52,147 bases of DNA from an uncultured archaeon (GTDB lineage: Archaea > Asgardarchaeota > Heimdallarchaeia > Heimdallarchaeales > Heimdallarchaeaceae), in contig CAZJUB010000013.1 in the NCBI GenBank assembly GCA_964549075.1, positions 1-52,147 of the forward strand. Direction: 5' to 3'. Below, one piece after another: positions 1 through 8,781 of the stretch (positions are counted from its first letter, which is position 1; each line of letters begins with the position of its first letter). A program made the position numbers and the translations under genes. Under the pieces are notes generated by a model. The model saw nothing but the letters and a program-made list of their open reading frames with translations, did not search any database and was not told the origin of the DNA.

Positions 1-374
1 ATACTTGTTGTAAAATTTGACGGAATTAGAATCACTGCATAATAGTTTCCATTCTCAACTTGGCTTATTCCATCTTCATAAGTCCCATTAGTTAACGTGA
101 CTCTTGTATCATTCACTAAATTATCAACTATCAATGTTCCTAAGCCAGAATCTTGATTGTCAATCAATACTGGGAGATTTATAACCTCTCCACTAAATGC
201 TAATCCAAAAATTAGCATGATAACGATAGGAACAATAGAAAGAAGTGCAACGGTTCTTCTATCTCTTCTAAACTGGTTTATAGTTCTTAAAGCTATAGCC
301 ATAACTCGTCGCATAGAAAAAGCTAAATTCTTGGGTTGAAATTCTTTTTCAGTTGATTTCTTTTTATTCTTCAT
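1..374 (-). CDS. ABC-2 type transporter permease (5' part; runs off window start)
   Basis: Not in track. ATG at 374 overlaps the end of the ABC ATPase; reads MKNKKKSTEKEFQPKNLAFSMRRVMAIALRTINQFRRDRRTVALLSIVPIVIMLIFGLAFSGEVINLPVLIDNQDSG..., the typical ABC-2 permease N-terminus (RD.R, TM1, then a D.D motif). Confidence 0.85.
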   Translation of the reverse strand, partial: MKNKKKSTEKEFQPKNLAFSMRRVMAIALRTINQFRRDRRTVALLSIVPIVIMLIFGLAFSGEVINLPVLIDNQDSGLGTLIVDNLVNDTRVTLTNGTYEDGISQVENGNYYAVILIPSNFTTS

Positions 375-1122
375 TTATGACCTCACCTTCACTTAATTTT
401 ATGAAAATCTCTTCCACTGTCTCAGCGTTATGTTTCTTTTTGAGCTCCTCAGGAGTGCCTTCTGCAATTAATTTTCCAGCTCTCATTAGTCCTATTCTAT
501 CAGCTCTTTCTGCTTCATCCATAACATGTGAAGTAATTACTAAAGTAACACCTTTATCTTGTAAAGATCGGAAATAATCCCAGAAAAATGATCTTAAGAC
601 AGGGTCCACACCTACTGTAGCTTCATCAAAGAAAACAATTTTTGGAGAGTGAATTAAAGAACATGCGATACTTGTTCTCCGTTTCATCCCCCCTGATAGG
701 TTTTTTACCATAGTTTTGCGTTTTTCTTCAAGTCGAAGTATTTGGAGCAGCTCAGTAAACTTGGTCTCAAATTCGCTTTTATTCATACCATATATTCTAG
801 AGAAGAAACGAACATTTTCTTCCAATGTTAAATCTTCATAAATAGAGTATTCTTGAGGAGCCAAACCAATATAATTGGTAATTAAACGTCTTTTCGCTGG
901 TATTGGATACCCAAGAACTTTGATTGAACCTGAAGTTGGAAAAAGAGCTCCACTTATCATGTTAAGTGAAGTGGTTTTTCCGCTTCCATTAGCTCCAATT
1001 AAAGCGTAGATTTCTCCTTGTTTGATACGAAGATTTAAACCATTCACTGCTTGAACTTTACCAGTCTTGTATATCTTTACAAGATCTTGTGTTTCAATAG
1101 CATATTCAGTTTCAATTGTCAA
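364..1122 (-). CDS. ABC transporter ATP-binding protein (multidrug/ABC-2 exporter type)
   Basis: Walker A GANGSGKT, signature LSGGMKRR, Walker B VFFDE, H-loop TSH; GGTGGTGA RBS upstream of the TTG start. Confidence 0.95.
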   Translation of the reverse strand: MTIETEYAIETQDLVKIYKTGKVQAVNGLNLRIKQGEIYALIGANGSGKTTSLNMISGALFPTSGSIKVLGYPIPAKRRLITNYIGLAPQEYSIYEDLTLEENVRFFSRIYGMNKSEFETKFTELLQILRLEEKRKTMVKNLSGGMKRRTSIACSLIHSPKIVFFDEATVGVDPVLRSFFWDYFRSLQDKGVTLVITSHVMDEAERADRIGLMRAGKLIAEGTPEELKKKHNAETVEEIFIKLSEGEVINEE

Positions 1123-1146
1123 TCTTTATCACCACCAAAGCATATA

Positions 1147-1213
1147 ACTACTACTTATGTTAGTAGTAATCATCTTTATAAATTTTTTGTGAACTACTAC
1201 CATCGATAGTAGC
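1147..1213. promoter_or_regulatory. Two palindromic operators flanking a TATA box in the divergent ABC/DinB intergenic region
   Basis: ACTACTA-N7-TAGTAGT (1147-1167) and ACTACTA-N7-TAGTAGC (1193-1213) flank TTTATAAA (1175-1182). Confidence 0.7.
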
Positions 1214-1271
1214 AACAGCACAATTCAAAGAGAATAAGAACACATATAAACAGTGCATTTAACTTAAAGAC

Positions 1272-1793
1272 TTGAAGAAAGAAGGGATAAAGATGAATGA
1301 ATCAAACAACAAAATCGGATTCAAAAAAAGTCTTCTGAATCAGTTTGATAAAAATTGGGAGATGGCGAAAATTGCTATTTATGCCTGTCCAGAAGATAAA
1401 TGGCATAGTGGGACTGAAGACTGGGTATATTCCTTTACAATTTATCACATAATAGAAACAGCTGGTTTCTATTCTAGAGATAATCCTGAAACCATGAAAT
1501 GGGGTAAGAAAGCTGGGATAGACTGGAATAAAGATCAGAAGGAAGACATAGAAGAAAAAAAACTCAAAATTTCTAAAGAGTTTCTATTAAATTATTTAGA
1601 AGAAATTAGAGAGAGAATCAGATCTTTGTTATCAGAAACAGACGATAATAGTTTACTTCAAAAAGATGAGTTTCATTGGTTTGATTCAGTTTTTGAAAAA
1701 CTTCTTTATCTTTTGCGTCACAATTCTCATCATATAGGTGAGTTAGCTAGAACTTTACGAGATTATGATTGTGATAGAATTAAATGGAATTAA
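1272..1793 (+). CDS. DinB/YfiT-like four-helix metal-binding protein
   Basis: N-terminal YH and C-terminal RHNSHHIGEL His motif; likely start ATG 1293. Confidence 0.85.
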   Translation: MKKEGIKMNESNNKIGFKKSLLNQFDKNWEMAKIAIYACPEDKWHSGTEDWVYSFTIYHIIETAGFYSRDNPETMKWGKKAGIDWNKDQKEDIEEKKLKISKEFLLNYLEEIRERIRSLLSETDDNSLLQKDEFHWFDSVFEKLLYLLRHNSHHIGELARTLRDYDCDRIKWN

Positions 1794-1896
1794 TTATAAT
1801 TGATTTACTTAAAGCATACTTGAAACAAATACAAGCATAGTTAACCAAACCTTTCGTTTCACACGAGTTTTAATAATATACTAAGTGTAATTTTAC

Positions 1897-3006
1897 TTGC
1901 AGAAATTAAATAAGGAGGTTTTGCAAATCTTTGCAGTTGGAGCTGAATTCTTTGTTTGGATGAAAATCCTTGGAGAAAACAAATTTAGTGTATCGCTTAA
2001 AAAATTGCCTAAAGCGTTTATAATCACATTTATTATAGTCCTTTTTTCGCCTTTTGCAATTTTTGAAAAAATACTATCATGGAAAAAATTACGAAATGTC
2101 AAACTAAAATATCAGCCAATTTTCATAATAGGTCATTGGCGTCAAGGAACGACCTTCCTCCACGAATTATTCAACTGTGATCCCAATTTTGAAGTTATGA
2201 CTCTATATGAGAGTGTATTTCCAAATCATTTTCTCTATTTTGAGAGTCTCATGAAAAGGATTTTTGGTTGGTTTCTTCCTGAGACAAGACCTCAAGATGA
2301 TGTGAAAATTGGGGTGGATGCACCTCATGAACATGATTTTGCTATTGCAAATCTGAGTTCAATGTCTCCTTATGTAGGAGTTTATTTTCCAGATAATCAA
2401 GATCTATATAACAAATATGCTACATTAGAAGGAATGACTGACAAGCAGATCAGAAGGATCAAAACAAGCTTTGATAAAGTGATCAAAAAACTAACTCTTC
2501 TAAAGAAGTATAAAAGATTAGTTTTGAAGAGTCCAGTTGATACTGCAAGAGTTAAATTCCTTCTTGAACTCTATCCAGAAGCGAAGTTTGTGCACATTAT
2601 AAGAAATCCATATGAAGTATTTTATTCAACAAGAAGAATGCATAAAAAACTTGTACCTGTTTTTCAGTTACAAGAAGGATACACAGATTTAGACGAATTT
2701 ATCTTCAAGATATTCGAAGGGATGTACAATAAATTTTATGAAGACATTAAAGAAATACCAGATGGGAATTTTATAGAAATTCGCTATGAAAATTTTGTTA
2801 CAAATCCTAAGGGAACTATGGCTGAAATATATAAGAAACTCTCTTTACCAGACTTTGAAGAAGCTGAACCGTTTATGGATGATTACCTTGATAGAACAAA
2901 AGATTTCACCCCTTCATGTTATAATATCCCAGAAACAGAAAGTAGGTTGATCGACTCCCACTGGCATAAGATTATTGAAAAAATGAATTATAAAAAACCA
3001 ATCTAA
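1897..3006 (+). CDS. Sulfotransferase (Sulfotransfer_3 / Stf3-like)
   Basis: PIFIIGHWRQGTTFLHEL 5'-PSB loop, LVLKSP, FVHIIRNPYEVFYS 3'-PB motif, IRYE. Confidence 0.9.
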   Translation: MQKLNKEVLQIFAVGAEFFVWMKILGENKFSVSLKKLPKAFIITFIIVLFSPFAIFEKILSWKKLRNVKLKYQPIFIIGHWRQGTTFLHELFNCDPNFEVMTLYESVFPNHFLYFESLMKRIFGWFLPETRPQDDVKIGVDAPHEHDFAIANLSSMSPYVGVYFPDNQDLYNKYATLEGMTDKQIRRIKTSFDKVIKKLTLLKKYKRLVLKSPVDTARVKFLLELYPEAKFVHIIRNPYEVFYSTRRMHKKLVPVFQLQEGYTDLDEFIFKIFEGMYNKFYEDIKEIPDGNFIEIRYENFVTNPKGTMAEIYKKLSLPDFEEAEPFMDDYLDRTKDFTPSCYNIPETESRLIDSHWHKIIEKMNYKKPI

Positions 3007-3065
3007 CTTTTGGTAAGATGATACAGAAAATAGATAAGAAAAATAAAAACGCAGGATGATAAAAC

Positions 3066-4157
3066 TTGTTTGCTATAGGTGCCAATCTTAAAACGTGGTT
3101 GAAATTATTGATTGAAAATGAATTTAATTTGTCATTATTACGCATTCCTCAGATCTTCATTATAACTGTGGTAATTGTATTTCTTACGCCCATAGAAATT
3201 ATCGAAAAACTACTTTTCAAAAGAAAAATTAAGAAAATTAAAATGAAAATTGATCCTTTATTCATTTTAGGTCATTGGCGTCAAGGAACTACATTCCTTC
3301 ATGAATTACTTATAAGAAATCCTAATCATAGTTATATGACAATGTTCGAATCAATTTTCCCTAATCATTTTCTCTATTTTGATAAATTCATAAAAAGAAT
3401 CTTTGGTTGGTTTCTTCCTTCTACAAGACCCCAAGATGATGTGAAAATTGGTGTTGATGCACCTCACGAACATGGTTTTGCAATAGCAAATCTTTGTTCA
3501 ATGTCTGTTTACTCAGGAACATATTTTCCTCTTAATCAAGAGTACTATAATCGATATGCTGCTGGTGAGAGGTTAAGCAATAAAGAAAAAAAGAAATTAA
3601 GGTATTATTATGAGTATATTATCAAGAAACTATACTATAAAAATGGAGATAAATTATTGATTTTGAAGGATCCTATTGATACAGCAAATATCGATTTTCT
3701 TTTAGAATTATTTCCAAATGCAAAATTTGTACATATAATTAGGAATCCATACGAAGTCTTTTTTTCAACTAAGAAACTACATGAGAAAACAATACCGATT
3801 TTTAGATTGCAGAAAGGTTACCCAGATCTTGAAAAATTAATTTTTAATTCTTATAGAGATATTTATGAGAAATTCTATCAAGATTTGAAACTTATACCAA
3901 AAGAGAATTTTGTAGAGGTCAAATATGAAGATTTCATTAAGAACCCTCTTACTCAATTAAAATTAATTTATGATAAGCTTGATTTGAAAGGTTTTGAAGA
4001 ATCTTTACCAGAAATACAAGCATTTCTTAATCAGGAAGCGGATTATGGTCGAAGTAAATACAGAATCTCTAAAAAGGATAAATTGGAAATTTACTCGCAT
4101 TGGGGTAAAATAATAGAAATTATGGGGTATAAAAAACCAGAAACTATAGTAAAATAA
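3066..4157 (+). CDS. Sulfotransferase, tandem paralog
   Basis: PLFILGHWRQGTTFLHEL, LILKDP, FVHIIRNPYEVFFS; long near-identical blocks with the upstream gene (RPQDDVKIGVDAPHEH). Confidence 0.9.
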   Translation: MFAIGANLKTWLKLLIENEFNLSLLRIPQIFIITVVIVFLTPIEIIEKLLFKRKIKKIKMKIDPLFILGHWRQGTTFLHELLIRNPNHSYMTMFESIFPNHFLYFDKFIKRIFGWFLPSTRPQDDVKIGVDAPHEHGFAIANLCSMSVYSGTYFPLNQEYYNRYAAGERLSNKEKKKLRYYYEYIIKKLYYKNGDKLLILKDPIDTANIDFLLELFPNAKFVHIIRNPYEVFFSTKKLHEKTIPIFRLQKGYPDLEKLIFNSYRDIYEKFYQDLKLIPKENFVEVKYEDFIKNPLTQLKLIYDKLDLKGFEESLPEIQAFLNQEADYGRSKYRISKKDKLEIYSHWGKIIEIMGYKKPETIVK

Positions 4158-4254
4158 AAGTTATTTTACTCAATTTTTCATTCAATCAAAGATATGTGCG
4201 AAGGTACAGGACCTAAAAGAAAACAGAATATAACCAGAACACGATGTATCCATT

Positions 4255-5541
4255 TTAATCACCTATTACTCCAATAGTTGGGATAATTGGTTTAGAAAAC
4301 TGGAATTTCTTTGTCCATATTGTTAAAAACAAAGTTCCTACGAAAATAATTATACTTGCGATCATCATTGTATTTGTTATTCCAATAGCATCCGCTGTTA
4401 AACCTGAAACTGAAAGACATGAAAAACTGAATACCTGTATATAGGCATTAGTTGCACTATAAGCTCTCCCTCTTACTTCGTTGGGAACCTCTTCTGCAAA
4501 ATATGCATTGATACTAAGACTCATCATACCGTTAAGAGTTCCCATGAAAAATCCGAAAACACCAATTATATAGATTGAAGTTGTAAATTGAAAGATAAGA
4601 TAATATACAACTAAAGAAAGTGCTCCAGAAATTATCGCTCTTGATCGTCCAATTTTTCGTTCATATTTCCCAAAAAGCAAATTACCAACAACGGTTCCTA
4701 GAGCGATGATTGCACCTATTATACCATATTCTGTTTGAGCTAGATTTTCAAAGAGAAAATTACCACCATATCTAACTTCGAAAATCCAAGGATATAGTAA
4801 AGGTCCAGCAAAAGCTGAACCTATTACTAATACGGTAAATAATAAGATGAGCACCTTGATGATTTTATGTTTAAAGATGAACATTATACCCTCCTTTAGG
4901 TCTGAGTAAACTGTATTTACTGTGATTGATTCTTTTTCTCTTGATGCAGATGGGATTAGAGTAAAAAATATCACTAAGCCAGATAACAAGTAACAGCCAC
5001 TAACTATCCAGAAAGCAGGTGGCCCAAAGAACGCATATATTGGTGCAGCTACTAGAGGTCCTAGCACTGCAAATGTTTGAAAAATTAATCTACTTATACT
5101 GATTGCTTTAACATATAATTTTAATCCCACCATTTCAGGGATAGCTGCTGAACGAGGTGAAGCAAAACTTGCAGATCCTACTCCATCAAGAAAAGCAATC
5201 ACTAGTAAGAAATAAAGATTATGAATAAAGGGGATGGAAATTATTGATATTGCACGTAATATATCAGAGGAAACCATTATCAATTTACGACTAATTCTAT
5301 CTGCAAATACCCCGGATATTGGTCCGATAAGTATCCAAGGTAAAGTCTGTGCAGCTAAAACCAGAGTCATTTCTGTTTTAGACCCAGTAAAGCTATACAC
5401 ATAAAGAACAATCGAGATTCTGAAGACAGCATCTCCAAAATTGCTAAAAGTTTGACCAAAAAGCAATTTTACAAAATTTTTATTTTTAAATACATCTTTG
5501 AATGATGATTCTTCGTTATTTTGCGAAACTGCTGTAGTCAT
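4255..5541 (-). CDS. MFS transporter (DHA3/H+ antiporter-like exporter)
   Basis: About 12 hydrophobic segments, motif A GVFADRISRK, GQTFSNFGD in TM1, EVRGRA in the C-half; GAGAGGT RBS. Confidence 0.92.
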   Translation of the reverse strand: MTTAVSQNNEESSFKDVFKNKNFVKLLFGQTFSNFGDAVFRISIVLYVYSFTGSKTEMTLVLAAQTLPWILIGPISGVFADRISRKLIMVSSDILRAISIISIPFIHNLYFLLVIAFLDGVGSASFASPRSAAIPEMVGLKLYVKAISISRLIFQTFAVLGPLVAAPIYAFFGPPAFWIVSGCYLLSGLVIFFTLIPSASREKESITVNTVYSDLKEGIMFIFKHKIIKVLILLFTVLVIGSAFAGPLLYPWIFEVRYGGNFLFENLAQTEYGIIGAIIALGTVVGNLLFGKYERKIGRSRAIISGALSLVVYYLIFQFTTSIYIIGVFGFFMGTLNGMMSLSINAYFAEEVPNEVRGRAYSATNAYIQVFSFSCLSVSGLTADAIGITNTMMIASIIIFVGTLFLTIWTKKFQFSKPIIPTIGVIGD

Positions 5542-5566
5542 GAGAATTACCTCTCGAAGAAAAAGA

Positions 5567-5671
5567 TTATTGAAGAGATCCCTTATACATTACATACTCT
5601 TCAAGAGATTCTAACACTTTTTTGCGCCATTCTTTTTGAATTAAATCTTGCTTTTTATTTTTACTAATCAT
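5567..5671 (-). CDS. Microprotein C, 34 aa (MISKNKKQDLIQKEWRKKVLESLEEYVMYKGSLQ)
   Basis: Below the track cutoff; ATG preceded by GAGGTGA; ends 25 nt before the MFS start. Confidence 0.6.
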   Translation of the reverse strand: MISKNKKQDLIQKEWRKKVLESLEEYVMYKGSLQ

Positions 5672-5697
5672 ATTATCACCTCTTTATTTTGAGCTAA

Positions 5698-5865
5698 TCA
5701 CATAGTACTGAGATATTTATTTATCAAATATCTGGATTGAGCTTTTGCTCTTCTTGTACGACGAGCTCTTTTGAGCTGATTCAACTCATTCTGTAATACT
5801 CTAATTTTTTCATCCAATTGCCTATCGGCCTCATTAAAGTCTAAATCTACATATTGTGTTGTCAT
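5698..5865 (-). CDS. Microprotein B, 55 aa coiled-coil + basic tail (MTTQYVDLDFNEADRQLDEKIRVLQNELNQLKRARRTRRAKAQSRYLINKYLSTM)
   Basis: ATG preceded by GGTGA; heptad F10/L17/L24/L31; aligns ungapped with microprotein A. Confidence 0.72.
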   Translation of the reverse strand: MTTQYVDLDFNEADRQLDEKIRVLQNELNQLKRARRTRRAKAQSRYLINKYLSTM

Positions 5866-5898
5866 TTTTTTCACCATTTTATGTTCAACAAAGCAACT

Positions 5899-6063
5899 CT
5901 AACCTCCAAGGAATCTTCCTGAGGATAAATTGTCACGCAGTGTTCTCTTTCTTTTCTTGTTGCTCTTCCTGCTTGTTTCTACCACTTCTTGCAGATCTTT
6001 GATGTTTTCATCTAACTTCTTGTTAATGCTTTGAAGTTCTATTTCGAGTTTTTTTGTTGTCAT
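5899..6063 (-). CDS. Microprotein A, 54 aa coiled-coil + basic tail (MTTKKLEIELQSINKKLDENIKDLQEVVETSRKSNKKRKRTLRDNLSSGRFLGG)
   Basis: ATG preceded by AGGTGA; heptad L10/L17/L24; paralog of B; first ORF after the operator/promoter region. Confidence 0.72.
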   Translation of the reverse strand: MTTKKLEIELQSINKKLDENIKDLQEVVETSRKSNKKRKRTLRDNLSSGRFLGG

Positions 6064-6075
6064 GCGATCACCTTT

Positions 6076-6174
6076 TTCTCACCTTTAGTGAGAACTGTTC
6101 TCACACCACGTAAGAATTCTACATATAAAAAGTTTTCTCACAATGAGTAAGAACTGATATCAGAATGATGAGAA
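6076..6174. promoter_or_regulatory. Array of palindromic operators TTCTCAC-N5-GT(G/A)AGAA around divergent promoters
   Basis: Copies at 6076-6094 (perfect arms), 6098-6116, 6135-6153 and a degenerate one at ~6157-6174; minus-strand TATA (TTTATATG) at ~6122-6129 lies between the pairs. Confidence 0.75.
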
Positions 6175-6213
6175 AACTTAAATACTTGAAAGAGATAATT
6201 AAAAATAGTAAAG

Positions 6214-6864
6214 TTGGTAATAATGTTATATAAGGATTTAATTGATTATGAACCTAAACCTGTATTGTTTATTGAAGATGAAGCTACAATGGATATACTC
6301 CGTAATCCGCTCTATACTCCCATACTCTCAATCTTGAGACATGGAATAAAAACACTCAAAGAGATCAAAGATGAGTATAAAAACCACACAAAAAAAACAG
6401 AAATTCCTTCAGATAAATCTCTATATCGCCATCTAAAACAACTTAAAGATGCTGGATTAATAGCAGAAGCAGGAAGGAGAGTTTATACAGAACAGACTTT
6501 AACTGAAAAACTATTTAGCAGAACTGCATATTTCTTCTATTCTCGACCAAGTGATCTTGAAAAGAGGAATAGGGAGCAACATCAACGACAAGCTGAACTT
6601 TTAGCAAAATTATTTAAAATTACTTTAAATATTCCTCAACCGCCTTCAGAAGGTATGTTGAAGATAACAGATAGAATCAAATTAAGTAGTATAAATAGTC
6701 ATGATGATCTTTTTAAGAATCATGTTGAAGAATTAGTTAAACTCTTTGAAAACGTAACTGCTACAGATCTTCAAGCGGTAGTAGAGATGTACTGGATTAT
6801 CAAACTGATGTTGGGGAAATCTGAATTTGACGAAGACTTCAAGAAATATCTCAAAGTAACTTAA
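6214..6864 (+). CDS. Winged helix-turn-helix (ArsR-like) transcriptional regulator
   Basis: PILSILRHGIKTLKEI...SDKSLYRHLKQLKDAGLI HTH followed by wing (EKLFSRTA); likely start ATG 6223. Confidence 0.85.
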   Translation: MVIMLYKDLIDYEPKPVLFIEDEATMDILRNPLYTPILSILRHGIKTLKEIKDEYKNHTKKTEIPSDKSLYRHLKQLKDAGLIAEAGRRVYTEQTLTEKLFSRTAYFFYSRPSDLEKRNREQHQRQAELLAKLFKITLNIPQPPSEGMLKITDRIKLSSINSHDDLFKNHVEELVKLFENVTATDLQAVVEMYWIIKLMLGKSEFDEDFKKYLKVT

Positions 6865-6927
6865 AAAACAGCTTACAAAAATTCATTCTTAATTTCCACA
6901 GCTTTTTTAACTGAAACCTGTACAAGT

Positions 6928-7401
6928 TTGAATAGTATGAAAAACGAGACTAAGAGTTTAATTGATGAGCTACTAGTTCGTCCTCATTCAGCTTTTCTAG
7001 CTACAATTGATGAAAATAACAATCCTTCAATAAGAGCAATTTTTAACTTAAGATGTAAAGAAAGATTTTCTCACCCAGCCAAAATAATAGAGGAGTATGA
7101 TGACAATCCCTATACAGTATATATTTCTACAAACACTTCTTCTATAAAGATGAAACATATTATTGAGAACAACAATGTTGCAATTTACTTCAGTCTTCCT
7201 GATGAAAGCAAAGGTATGATGTTACAAGGAAAAGCAGAAATTCTTGATGATATTGAATTTAAGAAGAAAATTTGGGAAGAATCATGGACAATGTATTATC
7301 CTGAAGGGTACACTGACCCAGATTTTACAATTCTAAAGTTTATACCTATTGTAATGAGAGGCTGGTATAGAGGACAACATGCGTATAATTTTGAAGCATA
7401 A
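6928..7401 (+). CDS. Pyridoxamine 5'-phosphate oxidase-like FMN-binding protein (general stress protein 26 type)
   Basis: AFLATIDENNNPSIR, YISTNTSSIKMKHI, LQGKAEI, YYPEGYTDPDF; likely start ATG 6937. Confidence 0.88.
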   Translation: MNSMKNETKSLIDELLVRPHSAFLATIDENNNPSIRAIFNLRCKERFSHPAKIIEEYDDNPYTVYISTNTSSIKMKHIIENNNVAIYFSLPDESKGMMLQGKAEILDDIEFKKKIWEESWTMYYPEGYTDPDFTILKFIPIVMRGWYRGQHAYNFEA

Positions 7402-7478
7402 CTAATCAAGATTGTCTAAATTTACATATCTGTACTAAAGACAAACATTAAATTCTGTTTACAAAAATTGAATTTATC

Positions 7479-8348
7479 ATGCCTAAGGAAGAACAAGTCT
7501 TCAATGTGAAACTAATATCTGAATTTGAAGAGAAAGCTAAAGAGGAATATATCAAAGTTTCAGATGGTTCAGAGGTAAAAATCTTAATTACTAAAGCACC
7601 AAAAGATAGTTTTAATGGGTACACTTTCTTAATTATTCCCGGGTGGGGTACTATCGTTCCTGGTTGGGAAGAGGTCTTAATGGAAGCAATTAAGGATTTC
7701 AACATTTTATATATTGAGTCTAGAGAGAAAATATCTTTTCATCCTGGTAAAGGGAAAATCAAGAATGATGTGAATAGACTCGCTCTAGATGTAAAAGAAA
7801 TCATAGAGCATTTAAAAATAGACCAAAGTAAAATTGTAACTGTTACTTCTTCATTTAGTACTCTCACTATAGCAGATTTATTGGGGACTAAAAAAATTAT
7901 ACCAGCTCTTTCAGTTCTCATTGGACCAGTCTATCAATTTAACATGCCGCCTACTACTAGATATATCTTCCACTTTTTTCCAACATTCTTCTTTTATCTT
8001 ACAAAACCAATTTGGAGATGGTGGGTTAAGAAATATAAAAGCGAGGATGCGGTACAATATGCAAAATATATGCGTGTCTTGGAAGAAGCTGATCCAAAGA
8101 AATGGCGAGCAGTTACTAAGAGAGTTTGTTTCACCAAGGTTTGGGATTTATACAAACAAATCGAAGACAACTATGTAGTAGTTGTTGGCATGGAAAAAGA
8201 TAAGATGCATGCAGCTGAATTAGCGAAAAAAATTGCTAACACAATTTCAGATGCTAAATATCTAAATATGGAAACAAATAGAGCAACACATTCAGCTGAA
8301 CTGGTTAAACTAATTAGAGACTTAATGAAAAAAATTCCTAAGAGCTAA
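7479..8348 (+). CDS. Alpha/beta hydrolase fold protein
   Basis: LIIPGWG oxyanion segment, atypical nucleophile elbow TSSFS, later Asp (KDKMH) and His (ATHS). Confidence 0.65.
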   Translation: MPKEEQVFNVKLISEFEEKAKEEYIKVSDGSEVKILITKAPKDSFNGYTFLIIPGWGTIVPGWEEVLMEAIKDFNILYIESREKISFHPGKGKIKNDVNRLALDVKEIIEHLKIDQSKIVTVTSSFSTLTIADLLGTKKIIPALSVLIGPVYQFNMPPTTRYIFHFFPTFFFYLTKPIWRWWVKKYKSEDAVQYAKYMRVLEEADPKKWRAVTKRVCFTKVWDLYKQIEDNYVVVVGMEKDKMHAAELAKKIANTISDAKYLNMETNRATHSAELVKLIRDLMKKIPKS

Positions 8349-8400
8349 ATATTTTGTTCGAAATTTGCTGATTTTTTATAATATGATTTAGCTTGTAATT

Positions 8401-8781
8401 ATGGATACTTTTCATAGCGAAATTTTCAAAATTGCGGATTTTCTGTTTTTCTGTGGAGAAAGGTTATTAGAGACAGAAAGTTTCATATTAGAATTAACTA
8501 GACGAAAAAAAAAGACATCTGATGAAGATTGGAGAAAGAAAATAAAAGAATTCTTAGATGAATACAAAGAATACAACTGTCAGGTTGATGTATTAGATAA
8601 ACGAACAAATGTAACATGTTCTCTTATAAATGTTAATCCTTTGAAACTTAGGACATTATACATGGAAATAATAGCTCACTTAGATTTAAGTACTCAATTT
8701 TCCATTATTCAAACTGATGAACCTCTGATTTATTTAATAGAAGTTAAAGATGAACTAGAAAAGATTGAATTAAGAAATTAA
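8401..8781 (+). CDS. Hypothetical protein
   Basis: 126-aa ORF with ATG; converges on and overlaps the radical SAM gene stop; no motif recognised. Confidence 0.6.
   Translation: MDTFHSEIFKIADFLFFCGERLLETESFILELTRRKKKTSDEDWRKKIKEFLDEYKEYNCQVDVLDKRTNVTCSLINVNPLKLRTLYMEIIAHLDLSTQFSIIQTDEPLIYLIEVKDELEKIELRN

Noticed and set aside
157-577. Short + strand ORFs 157..339 and 353..577
   Set aside because: Antisense shadows of the ABC permease and ATPase.
3018-3065. In-frame ATG upstream of sulfotransferase 2 with TGA (possible Sec/readthrough)
   Set aside because: TGA is immediately followed by TAA, so recoding would not extend the frame.
5945-5970. KKRKR in microprotein A as a nuclear localisation signal
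   Set aside because: The host is a prokaryote; a basic cluster is more simply a nucleic-acid or membrane-binding patch.
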